DNA of 64,000 nt. It comes from Heteronotia binoei. Its lineage: Eukaryota. Each line of letters begins with the position of its first letter. Position 1 is the first letter of the stretch. The position numbers and the translations under genes were made by a program. Location: assembly GCF_032191835.1 (NCBI RefSeq), contig NC_083237.1, positions 22,630,001 through 22,694,000 of the forward strand. The letters run 5' to 3'. Under the pieces are notes generated by a model. The model ran no database searches. It was not told the origin of the DNA and was given only the letters and a program-made list of their open reading frames with translations. Of the stretch, positions 49,690 through 60,654 are shown one piece after another.

Positions 49690-49938
49690 AAAAGGAGAGA
49701 AGAGACTGCCCTTCACTACCCAAAGGAGCCTCAGAGTGGCTTACAATCTCCTTTCCCTTCCCTCCCCCTAAGACACCCTGTGAGGTAGGTGGGGCTGAGA
49801 GAGCTCTGACAGAAACAGCTCTTGAAAGAACAGCTCTGACAGAGTTATGACTGACCCAAGGTCACTTGAGGAGTGGGGAATCAAAGTCAGTTCTCCCAAA
49901 TAAGAGTCCACACATTTAACCAGTACACCAAACTGGCT
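49690..49938 (-). mobile_element. tRNA-derived SINE, same family as 4076-4351
   Basis: - strand head AGCCAGTTTGGTGTACTGGTTAA; body similar to the other copies. Confidence 0.8.
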
Positions 49939-50163
49939 CTCAAAAGAACCTTAAAGTTGTCTTTTGGTAGAGGTCGTATAGCAGATATTTTCTCATGAAG
50001 GATTTGCATTGCCAAAAGCTTCCCCTCCTTCTGCAAGCACTCCCTGAGGTATCACTTTGTTAGGCCCAGAGATCTCCATAACTAGCATTCCTTCCTCATG
50101 CCTGGCAATTTTTTCCCCTGAGGATAAAGTTGCAGTGAATAATCCATCGCTTACTGTTTTTAA

Positions 50164-50169
50164 TTTATT
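50164..50169 (-). terminator. Probable poly(A) signal of the PHETA-like gene
   Basis: AATAAA on the - strand about 180 nt after the stop codon. Confidence 0.6.
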
Positions 50170-50345
50170 AAAATATTCTCTTTAAAAAAAAGTACCTAAG
50201 GTTTCTGTTTTACAGGTGCGGATCAAACAGGTGATTCAGGCAGTTATACGTAGCAGTATCATTCCCTTCCTCTGACTTCATATAGATTCCAATTCTCTAG
50301 ACTTGCTTATTGTGGTCAAGCATTTGGTATTGCTGTTTTTCCCCC

Positions 50346-50966
50346 CTACCCCAAGTCTATCAAATTGTTTTCTGTAGGTTGCTTCTTGGCAGCTTTCTTC
50401 TCCTTCCACATACACCTTAAGCTCACAATGTCCTCACCAAATTCCTGGTGGAGCCGTGAGAAATTTGTCTGTTTGGATCCCATTTCAGCCACCAGTTTTG
50501 GAAAGGGGAGCTTACAGTTTTTTGAGGCTCCTGGGGCTCCATCTGATTTGAGAGGCTGCTGGTTCTTCAGCATTTGAAACTGCCCTTCCAGCTCAGCAGC
50601 CAAGGCCCTGAGGTATTCGAACCTGGCGGTACTGAGTGCTCGCACCCAGCCCTCCAGTGTTTCTTGATTCTCAGCTGCCATCTGGTATGCCCGGCTACCA
50701 GGTAACCCACGGGGGTAAGAAATTTCAAAAGCATATGGTTCAGATGTGGATTCTCGTAGTTCCACGGTGCAGCCTTCCAAGATGATGAGTTTAGGAGGAT
50801 CCCGGTCTCCAGCTCGCTCCCGATAGAAGAGAAGATTACCCCAGAGCATGCACCAACACGGGTGGTAGGAGGAACTGCGACTGCTCTTTTTATACAGCAA
50901 CCCCTGCCGGTCTGGGGTGCGTTCCAGGCGGGAAGAGATCAAAGCACTGGAGATGTGGAGTTTCAT
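50346..50966 (-). CDS. PHETA/Sesquipedalian/IPIP27-family PH-domain endocytic adaptor, single coding exon, 206 aa; probably a third paralog, neither PHETA1 nor PHETA2
   Basis: MKL start; PH domain GLLYKK...W..L.GNLLFY...IILEGCTVEL...YAFEI...AAENQETLEGWVRALSTARFEYLR; coiled coil; F&H motif FSRLHQEFG. Kozak ACCACCATG, with a CAG acceptor 12 nt upstream of the ATG. Confidence 0.9.
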   Translation of the reverse strand: MKLHISSALISSRLERTPDRQGLLYKKSSRSSSYHPCWCMLWGNLLFYRERAGDRDPPKLIILEGCTVELRESTSEPYAFEISYPRGLPGSRAYQMAAENQETLEGWVRALSTARFEYLRALAAELEGQFQMLKNQQPLKSDGAPGASKNCKLPFPKLVAEMGSKQTNFSRLHQEFGEDIVSLRCMWKEKKAAKKQPTENNLIDLG

Positions 50967-51089
50967 GGTGGTCAGACCCTGGAAGTGTAGAGATGAGGAT
51001 GAGTGAAAAAAAGCATCTGAATGTAAGGAAACAATAGCAAGTTGGAAAGGTCATGAATAGGTGCATGAGACTGGTGAAAAAGTAAAAAG

Positions 51090-51262
51090 GTAAAGGTAGT
51101 CCCTGTGTAAGCATCGAGTCATTACCGAACCATGGGGTGATGTCACATCACAATGTTTTCTTGGCAGACTTTTTGTTATGGGGTGGTTTGACATTGCCTT
51201 CCCCAGTCACCTTACACTTTACCCCCAGCAAACTGGGTAGTCATTTTATCACCCTGGGAAGG
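51090..51262 (-). mobile_element. Sauria SINE 3' fragment in the PHETA-like intron
   Basis: AAAGGTAAAGGTAGTCCCTGTG...GGGGTGGTTTGACATTGCCTTCCCC. Confidence 0.8.
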
Positions 51263-51936
51263 ACAGAGAAAGGGATAAAAGAATGAAGGGATAGTAAGAG
51301 GGAAAGTGAAAACACAGAATAAGGAATAAAACCAATGCAGGAATTAAGGGAAGGAGATTCTGAAGGGGATTTAAAAAACCAAGGGAGCCACATTCTAAAC
51401 AGGAGAAATAAAAATTCATTTAAAGCACTTATTAGCTGCCTTTCTCCTTTGTGGATCTCAGGATGGCTTACAATATAAACAAAACATAAAAACACAACAA
51501 AACCAACGAGTCGCCGTTTTAAAACTCCAGTCAGGACTGCCTGTTTTGCTGTCAAGTCAGAGAGGGAAATGAAATACCAACTGAGGGAACAGCATCAAGT
51601 AAAGGAGGAGTAAAGTGCGAAATAGCCTCAAAAAGGGAGTGGACATACCAGGGCATGCAGGAATTCAGGCGAGGAGAGGATGGGTGACTAAACAAAAGGC
51701 ATGCTGAGGGAAGGCTGGAACAAAGGAAAGACGATTATACCCCCAGGGTTAAATTTTAAGAAGTGGGCGGCGGGAAATGAAAAGCCTAAGAAAAGGGAAA
51801 TGCCAACCGAAGGAGCAATGACTAATGGAAAACAGAAAAGCCAAGCTCTCTGCCCGGTTGGCAGGCCCTGGAGCTTCCTGGAGGGCGCAGCCACAGAGCA
51901 GGAGCCGGCCTTTCCACCCCACCTGGAGCTCCTCAC

Positions 51937-52075
51937 CTTGGCGCCAAATCATCCAGTCGCCCCTTTGAGACTAGAGTTTCTTGGGCCGGGCCGCTCAAGT
52001 TTCTCCTCCCTCGCCCCGCCAAGGGCAGTCGCGGTTTCCTAGGTGAGGTGAGGGGCGGGGCTTGCGCTCACCTGG
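51937..52075 (-). promoter_or_regulatory. Candidate non-coding first exon and GC-box promoter of the PHETA-like gene
   Basis: CpG-rich patch. - strand donors AAG|GTGAGG (exon end 51937) and CAG|GTGAGC (exon end 52072). GGGGCGGGGC at 52052-52061. Confidence 0.45.
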
Positions 52076-53064
52076 CTGGCTCCATCCAAGTCACTCGAGC
52101 CCACCTTCCAGCAGGAAGAGTTTCGGTGGGAGAAGAGACCCGCAGCCACTCCAACGGGCAGGTCTTGGCTTCCTGCACCTCTCCAAGAGCAAAGAGGCCA
52201 GCCAGCTGCAAAGAGGAACTAAGGAAGCCGCAGTGTGCTGAGGATGCTAACCACAAGCTTAAAAAGTTATTTCTGGTTCAGTGGTCCGAAAAGGGATTCG
52301 TTTTAAGGGAGAGTGTGGCTGTGATCACACACTCTAACTAAATAATGGCCTTTCAGTGCCCTTTTCAACTGGATTTTACTGTGTGAACTGGCAAAATGCA
52401 ATTGGAAAGTGGGTTGAAAGTGCATTATTTAGTGTGTGTGGCTGCAGCCTAAATTGATCAAAGGGAACTACTGAGAAAATGTAGGGGTGGGGTTTCCCCT
52501 GGGGTGATGGTGGTGGTTTTGGATTAAGTTCATTTAAAATATTTCTAAGTTACTGTGATTCCTTATAAAGTGTCTGTTTTTTCCTGAGCTTGCTTCCCCT
52601 CCGTACTGATAGGTCATATATTGATATTTGAATGGATATTCTCTGACATAATACAGGCCTTTCCATAGCACATCCAGAATCAGAGCTCCTGGAGGACCTG
52701 GTAGTTTCCTGACAGACAGATCATGCATCACTACCTGTTGAATTTTAAACTGCCACTACAGCGCTACGTTTATGAGCCAAGTAAAAGATGGGAGATTTCT
52801 AGGCTGGGCCAGCAGTTCATAAACTGCCCAGCACCTGAAGAGGGAATACAAAGTCCCAAGAAGAGGAGAATGGATCTGGACTGGCAGGCATAGTATTCAC
52901 CTGCCTCCTGGCAAAACACTCAAGTTGATCCTCCGTGAACATGTTGTAGCGACTGCATTTCTATTGCTGGCCCATGCTAGCCTGATTTTCAAAAGAGGGA
53001 GAGGCTGTTGTGTTCTGGTGATAGTTCCCCATGCTGGTTTTAAATGGTGATCAAAGAAGTCCCT

Positions 53065-53194
53065 TTTTAAAAAATAACAGTTTATTAGTTTTAAATAATG
53101 AAACAGTACAATTATAAATAATACAATTATAAATAAAACATGAATAGGCTGATATTGTCTAAATGTCTGCCTATACACACCCACACCCACACAT

Positions 53195-53231
<37 letters not shown>

Positions 53232-53830
53232 TATAAACATATAACATGTCCTTCGAAGGAAGGTATTATAATAAATAAACAGTGCTGACATTCTACCATA
53301 GGTGTAAATCATTAACAATTTTAGGGATTTCTTGTTGAGCAGTTAGATATTCCAGTACAGGAAACCATATAGTATTAACAATGGAATGTTTCACAGCCAT
53401 CAAGTGAATTAAGATTGTCAGTCAATTTTGCCATCATATAAAACTCCCAAATTTTGTTATGCCACTGAGTAGGGGAAGGGGGTGATGTGCTTTTCCAATT
53501 CCTAGCAATGCACGTTTTTGCTGCAGACAATAATAATATGACTCTGTCAATAGTTGTAGAAGTATATTTATGAGAGACCCAACCTTGTAAGAAAAGATAT
53601 TCTGGGATTGCCAAAATATCAACTCTTGAAATTGAATTAATGTGAGTAATAACTGAGGACCAGAATTGTTTAACACTAGGACACTCTAGCCAACAATGTA
53701 AATAATCTTCAACCTGTCCACACTTTTTCCAGCACATAGGTGAGGAAGAACATTTCCACTCCACTTAAAGAAGTCCTTTTTAATGCCAGCGTTGGCTTAG
53801 GAACAAAAAACCCCTTGATTTTGACTCCCT
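53065..53830 (-). mobile_element. L1/Tx1-clade LINE, 3' fragment (ORF2 C-terminal zinc knuckle)
   Basis: CWKKCGQVEDYLHCWLECPSVKQFW...LLSAAKTCIARNWK...W; A-rich tail and (AC)/(AT) repeats at about 53175-53235. Confidence 0.8.
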
Positions 53831-54229
53831 TTAAAGGCTAGCGGATTTAACATACAATCTCAAAGACACTTTCCTGGGAGTAAATCAGGGATTTAACATG
53901 GGATGTACTTCTTAGTAGAAAGCCTTAGATCGCTATTTTATTGTGACAGGCTGTCATGGGATCCAGTCCACGAAAACGTCTGCCACGATCAATGCGAGAG
54001 TCTTGGCAGCTTTTACTGCAACCGAGTAACGGGGAGACCCTTCTGCGTGTTCCTCATCTACAACAGCAGCAGGCGGGAGACCACACCAGTGAGATCAAGT
54101 TTGTTTGTTTTTTTAAGGATAGGACATTAGTATATATATTTTAAAAACCCATGGAACTCCTACACAATTGTATGAGCCAATTAATTTTTAAATATTTTAA
54201 TTTTTTAGCGGTGAAGGTTCAATCCCTGG

Positions 54230-54520
54230 ACAGAGGAAAAAGCGGAAGGCGCGCTGTGCCTTTAAAATTTGCCCGTACTTCCTTCTGAATAAAGCCATCG
54301 GGTGCCCGAAGTAACGTCATTTCCTCTACGGAGAAATGCCCCTGCTCGCTTTCCGTCGTATCCGGTTTTGAATGCTGTAGACCCCGGATGTTGATGCCTT
54401 CGCGGTGGCGCTTCAGGGGCTGGGGTAGCTGCAGGAGTCTCAGCGTGACGATTTAGGTAGGGGTGGGCTTCTTTTCTACCGCCCGGGGGTGTGTATGTGC
54501 GAAGGTATTTGCAAAATACA
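54230..54520. promoter_or_regulatory. CD2BP2: CpG island, probable CD2BP2 promoter and non-coding exon 1
   Basis: Dense CpG. ETS-like GCGGAAG at 54242 and CCGGATGT at 54384; CRE-like ACGTCA at 54314; candidate donor TAG|GTAGGG at about 54457. Confidence 0.65.
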
Positions 54521-54866
54521 ACTGCTTCTTGTGCATGGCTTCTTAGGCGTGATGGAGAGGCCATTTGGAGGGGAGAAAATGGGGACTCTCCGACTGCCTT
54601 GAAGCCGCTGAGCTGTGCCCTCAGACTAGTTCCCGCCTTGGACTCACCTATGAGAGAGGCTGCAGCCTTGGGGTGCTTTCTAGGAGGAGGAAAGGGTTTG
54701 ATAGCGATTGGTGGGTGTGCGTAGAATTGATTTGCATATGCAAATAAGACGGCTTGATGTACAAGAGTTTTGCGGGTGAAGGAAAGCTGGGGAATTTGCC
54801 TGGATTTTGATAAGGAGGAAGTGATAACAGTGGGCTGCTATTCTCTCCCGAAGTTGATTTATGTTA

Positions 54867-56360
54867 GGGGAGGAGATGTGGCTCAGTGAAAGAGCCTCTG
54901 CTTTGCGTGCAAAAGGTCCCAGGTTCTATCCCTGGCATCTCCCAAGTTAAAAAGTTATATAATAATAGGTCCAGGTGGTAGGTGATATGAAAGACTTCTG
55001 TCTGAGATCCTGGAGAACTGCTGCCAGTCTGAGTAGACAATCCTGATCTCTGTCCCTGGGAAGAAACTGGAGCAGATTTTAAAGGGATCAGTCTGCAAAC
55101 ATCTAAAGGACAACTTGGTGATCCGGAGAAGTCAGCATGGATTTGTCCCATACAGCTCCTGCCAGACCAACCTCATTTTCTTCTTTGATCAAGTGACAAG
55201 CTTACTGGATTGGGGGAATGCTGTTGATGTTGTTTACCTGAATTTCAGTAACAGGGTTCCCCATGATGTTCTGATGGGTAAACTAGAGGACTGTGGACTG
55301 GACTCTGGGATAGGTGAATAGGGAACTGGTTGGAGAACAACACATAAAGAGTAGTTGTCAATGGCACTTCATCTGAATGGAGGGAGGAGACCAGTGTGGT
55401 GTGCCTCAGAGCTTGGTTCTGGGCCCAGTACTATTCAATATTTTTATTAATGATCTGGATGACAGTGTGGAGGAGCTACTCATTAAATTTGCAGATTAAA
55501 CCAAATTGGGAGGAACAGCGAACACACCAGAAGATAGAGATAGCGAGATTTGAGCACACTGGAAAAGTGGGCAGATGTGAAGAAGATGCAATTTAACAAG
55601 GATAAGTGCTGAGTTCTAGATCTGGGTAACAAAATGAGCAACACACATAACTGGATGGGAGATACACTTCTGGGTAGCAGCGTGTGTGAACAAAATATTG
55701 GGGTATGGGTGAGCGATAAGTTAAATATGAGCAGCCGGTGTGATGCAGCAACAAAAAAGGCTAATGCAGTCATGGGATGTATCAATAGAGGCATAACATT
55801 CAAATGTCATAGTTCTGCTGTACACTGCATTGGTCAGGCCACACCTGAAGTATTGTGTGTAGTTCTGGAGGCCTCAGTTCAAAAGGACAGAATGGAGCAG
55901 GTGCAGAGGAAAGCAACAAGGATTATCAGGGGCCTGGAGACCAAGCCCTAGGAGGAAAAGCTATGGGGAATGTTCATTCTGGAGAAGAGGAGGTTGAGGG
56001 GGGCTATGATTGTTCTCTTGAAGTATTTGAAGGGCTGTCACTTAGAGGAGAGCATGGAGCTGTTCCTGTTGGAAATAGAGGAGAGGACTCACAGTAATGA
56101 GTTTAAAGTAAGGGTAGGAAGGTACTGTCTAAATATTAGAAAAAAAACTTTACAGTAAGAGCAGTTTAGCATTGGAACAGGCTGCCTAGGGAGGTGGGTA
56201 GCCTTTTTAAAAAAAAGTGGCTGGGCAAACACTTGTCAGGGATGCTCTAGGCTGATCCTGTATTGAGCAGGGGGTTGGACTAGATGGCCTGTATGGCCCC
56301 TTCCAACTTTGTGATTCTATTATTCTAAGGGTCTGACTCAGTATAAGGCAGCTTCATGTG
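54867..56360 (+). mobile_element. tRNA-derived SINE with a CR1-like tail, split by an old CR1 insertion
   Basis: Head GGAGATGTGGCTCAGTG...GGTTCTATCCCTGGCATCTCC runs to GAGTAGACAATCCTGA at about 55046 and resumes as GGTCTGACTCAGTATAAGGCAGCTTC at about 56330. Confidence 0.7.
55047..56327 (+). mobile_element. Older, degenerate CR1 LINE (RT through 3' end)
   Basis: SQHGF...SCQTNLIFFFD.VTSL.D.GNAVDVVYLNFS, then RLRG.MI..LKYLKG; tail GTGATTCTATTATTCTA. Confidence 0.9.
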
Positions 56361-57850
56361 TGTTGTCTTAGCAGTCCAATCCTTTACTTTCAATTCTTCC
56401 TGGATTTTGCCACACAAAATAAAACCCCAAATAATGTGAAAATCCTTCAAGGAGAGCAGAATTGCACACACAAAGGGGGTGAGGTGAACTTGCATAATTT
56501 TCAGCAAGACGTTTGGAGGATGTTCGTTCAAAAAATTTAGAACAAAACATCAAGAAAAGGCAATACGTGTGTCTTTTGACTGGCTATTATCTTGGTGTGG
56601 CTGTTTTATTTTAGATTATTGTGAAGAGTGCAAGTCTGGGGAGAAGGTGGGAGAAGAAGAGGTGTATCTGTGCTAGAGTGGGAGCAGTGCTTAGTCTCCA
56701 TAGTAACTGATGGGTTTTCTTGCTAGCAACTCGTTACCCCTTCTCAGATCTGTCCTAAGTTTTAAAAGGGGACTCCATGCCCTAATGTCAGAGGAGAGGC
56801 TCATTAACCCCTACTAGCCCTATTCAGTTGTTGGGGTAGTGGTGGAGGGAATTGGTGGGGATGCCTATGGCCCTCATATGCTGCTTGTATGCTTCTTAGA
56901 AATATCCAGTTAGCTACTGTGGAAAACAGGATGCTGGACTAGGTGGACATTTGGTCTGATCCAGCAGTGATCTTATCATCTTATGCCCTTTTCTACATTC
57001 AGGGGTTTCAGTTCCTTATTGGATGTGTGACAGGCAGAAGTTCAGCAAGAGATAACTAACACTGATGGGGTTTATGTAACTGATTAATTTCTACCTGCGA
57101 AGCAGCTGTCAAAAAGTGCAACAGCCTGATCATTCTTACATTTTGTCATTTCTGTTGGGTAGTGGTTCAATTATTTGTTGGTTTGGTAAAATAATCTTTA
57201 AAGATAATTTGCAATGCCAAAGATTGAAACATACAAAATACAGTAAAGCCCCATCTGCTACCCTCCCAAATGCCTGCAACTTCAACCCCACTAATGGCCG
57301 TCGCAAGTAAGATGGCCTTGAAGCACCTCCCTCCTAATTCACCTCCTCAGGGGTCCCCTTCCACAAGGTGAGACCCACTGTAGAGAAGGAACCGGCCTCA
57401 GTAGCCACTGAGTGGGCCAACTTCAATGCAGGATCAACTAGAACATGGCAACTATTTGCCATAGGTGGTGCGCAGTCATTAAGCTGATTTAGACTTGTTT
57501 GGTTCCATCTTGGGTAGAACAGAATTTTTTTTTAAGTAATCGGTAATCAGTGGAGTTGTGTTGGACTTCTGGTATACAAGAGGGTTAAGTGATGTTCATT
57601 CAGCTGTCCTGTTTATCACTGTGGGCTGTAAAGATGGAGTCAGCAACTGTGTGTTTACAAACTTTCCCTGGACATGTGCAGAGTGGAGATAAGGGCATTA
57701 TCAGTTGCAGAACCAGCCTTCTGCCGAAGCTCGCAGACAGTCAAAAGTTGACTCGATAGCCGGCTTTGGAGTGTTGTGCATTGTGGGGATGACTCTGTAG
57801 GTTGTCTTTCCATCCACCTGTTAATCTGCATTGCTTCTCTCAGGACCAGA

Positions 57851-57925
57851 ATGTCCAAACGGAAGGTGACCTTTGAGGATCAAGGCAATGAAGATGAAGA
57901 GGAAATGAGTTTGTCAAAGAAGAAG
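57851..57925 (+). CDS. CD2BP2: CD2 antigen cytoplasmic tail-binding protein 2 (U5-52K), first coding exon
   Basis: MSKRKVTFEDQGNEDEEEMSLSKKK; acceptor ends at 57843; GTGAG donor. Confidence 0.95.
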
Positions 57926-57946
57926 GTGAGAGATGAGTGTCAGAAG

Positions 57947-57949
<3 letters not shown>

Positions 57950-57979
<30 letters not shown>
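57950..57979 (+). repeat. (TG)15 microsatellite
   Basis: Directly visible, 24 nt downstream of the donor. Confidence 0.99.
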
Positions 57980-57981
<2 letters not shown>

Positions 57982-58670
57982 AAAGAGGGAATCACCTCTT
58001 TCGTTCCTTCCTGCCCTGAACTTGGTCTGCAGAAGACAAATTGGCAGGGAACAAGTAATACCATTTTTGTTACACAAAAAACTGGAAGATTGTTTGAGTA
58101 CATCATTGAAGGAATTAATTCTTCTGTATGTTCTAGCCTTCTACTTAAGATGATTCTTACAAGAGGGGAGGTTGGTGGTGACTACAGACAGGGCTTTTTT
58201 CGTGGTGGCACCTTGCCTGTGAAATGCATTTTTTTTTTTAGGCTTGCCCGCCACCTACCCTGCTCTCTTGTAGAGGCCAGGGCAAAATTTTTCACCCAGG
58301 TTTTTATTTAAGAGGGTTGAGGTTTTTAAAGTGGTTGTACAGTTTTTTTTTCTGAGGACCGTTTTATGAGAATTGTTCTGAACTGTTGCGTGTTTTATGT
58401 TGTCTGTATACTCTGGCTGGGTTTTAATGGCTTATTTTTTAAAACAATTTTTATGCTGTTTTATTGTGTGTTACTTTGTAAGCCACCTCAAGCAGGTTTT
58501 CTGGAGAGGCAGCATATATCTTTTTAACTAAAAAAAAAAAAGACTCAGGGCAGTTTACAATCAGAGTAACTGCTAGTTTAAAGAAGCCAGAAACTACTGA
58601 TGTTGACAGAAAGGGAGAGAGATTTCAGTCCCGGAATAAAGAGTTTCTTCACCTTTGTCTCCCATATTAG

Positions 58671-58815
58671 CTGGTGGAACCTGCAGTTGGAGGGCCAGGC
58701 AGCCGCTTTAAGGGCAAGCATTCATTGGACAGTGATGAGGAGGATGATGATGATGAGGGTGACGATGAAGGGCGAGGCAGTAAATATGATATTCTTGCAT
58801 CAGACGATGTGGAGG
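58671..58815 (+). CDS. CD2BP2: CD2BP2 coding exon 2
   Basis: LVEPAVGGPGSRFKGKHSLDSDEEDDDDEGDDEGRGSKYDILASDDVE(G); 145 nt. Confidence 0.96.
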
Positions 58816-59251
58816 GTAAGTGTGGTCTTGGAACTGAGGGCTAGAATTGCAAGTTTTTGGTGTCAGAATTCAGCATTCTGATATCCTTATCTTTTTTTTT
58901 TAATTCTCATTTAAACCATCAAATTTCTGACCCTCATGGCTGTAAAAACAAGAGTGGGGGTTGTGTTGGGGATGCCAGGGGTGTAGATATGGTTGTTCGA
59001 GGGGTGAATGGGCAATTTAAGAGCTGTTATAATACTTAGAAAACAACTGTGGGCAAAGCTTTTCCCCAAATACTTGCAAAGATGTTCACTGTATTTTTTT
59101 AATGTAAGGAGATGCCTGGGTGTGATATTTGCGGTGTTAAAGGATTCATTGCCATGCATTCCTCCTGGTTCAGTGATAAAAATGCTAAACTTGCGGAAGT
59201 GTCGAGTTACAGGAGAGTGGTAAAAACTTTTCATCCCACTTGCCCTTGCAG

Positions 59252-59409
59252 GACAGGAGTCTGCCACCATTGACTATGAAGACGGCGTCCGGATCACCCC
59301 ATTCAACTTGCAGGAGGAGATGGAAGAAGGCCATTTTGACTCGGAGGGGAACTACTTCTTGAAGAAGGAGGCCATGATTCGGGACAACTGGTTGGACAAC
59401 ATAGACTGG
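59252..59409 (+). CDS. CD2BP2: CD2BP2 coding exon 3
   Basis: QESATIDYEDGVRITPFNLQEEMEEGHFDSEGNYFLKKEAMIRDNWLDNIDW; 158 nt. Confidence 0.97.
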
Positions 59410-60654
59410 GTAAGACCTCCCTTCTAGCCTGTGTGGAAAACTGTTGGAACGAACGATCTCTGCTACCCCACGGCCCTTGAGATTCCCCAGGTACATCACA
59501 TAGAGATGATGGTATAAATTAGGCTATGTGGATTCCCGGATTGTACCATGTAAGTGCAGGAACTTGTATTTGATACAGGATGACAGCATCTGGGCATGGA
59601 ACGGGGGTCACTGGGGGTGTGTGAGAGAAGGTATTTGTGAATTTTCTGTGTTGTGCAGGGATTGGACTAGATGACCCTGGAGGTTCCTTCCAACTCTATG
59701 ATTCTCTTACTCAAACTCAAAAAAGCCTTTATTAGCATATATCAGATTATAAACAAGCAAATAAACTGCTACAAAAATAACAAAAACAGTCATATGCAGC
59801 TATACGTTGGACTATCAATCCTTGATTACCAGACTTAAGAATAAAGCAACCTTTTCAGTTATTTCAGATGACAAATCATTCAGAAGATGGCAAACCTTTA
59901 CAGCACCTGAGCAGCCTGTCATATTGAACAGAACTGGATCTAGAAACCTCATATAGTATCATATAGGGGTCAATAAAGAAGAATATGGGACGAGTCAACT
60001 TGTTTTAAATTACATATACATAGTCTTAATGAAAGTGGGATTTTTTTATATCTACCATTGGTAACTGCTGATGGGATTGTATTGCATCTGGCAAGGGTAA
60101 ATGCTGTATGCAATTTTGGAACATGGAGAGTTGATAAATAAGAAGACAAATGACCAATAGTTGGGAGCAAGATTTATTCGCAACACTCATTTGTTTTTCT
60201 AATTCAATATCTAAAATTCTGTGTTTAATTACATAATACGTGTTTGTGAGAGGAAACATATAAAAAGAATCCATAGACAAACCTAAGGTGATTATTTTAC
60301 TCTCTATGCAGGAAATCCATTTGGACAATAATTCAGACAGCATTTTATATAAATAACTCCCACGGTTAGCAGAATAGTGCACATGTAGCCAATATTTGAT
60401 TTATATAAGCCATGCTCTAGTTTCTAACATATTGAGGCCTGTTTCTAGACAAAGAGTGGCATGGTTCTCTGTCCAGTGTTTGCATGGTATCATTGCGTGC
60501 ATGCACCCCACAGATTGTGGGAAGAGTGTCTGAGGGAACCACTACAAAGGAGTGTAGCTGCATCATTAGGTCCAGATCTACATTCTGTGAGTTTTTAAAA
60601 ACATCCTGTCCCCCCCCCCCTACTTATAATTCATCGCTCTCTTTTCCCCACCAG

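Noticed and set aside
50346-50966. PHETA-like ORF as a processed pseudogene
   Set aside because: No disablements, poly(A) remnant or TSD. It has a proper acceptor just before the ATG, and PHETA genes normally have one coding exon.
60484-60654. N-terminal part of the 234-aa ORF at 60484-61188
   Set aside because: Intronic read-through; CD2BP2 similarity begins at the CAG acceptor ending at 60654.
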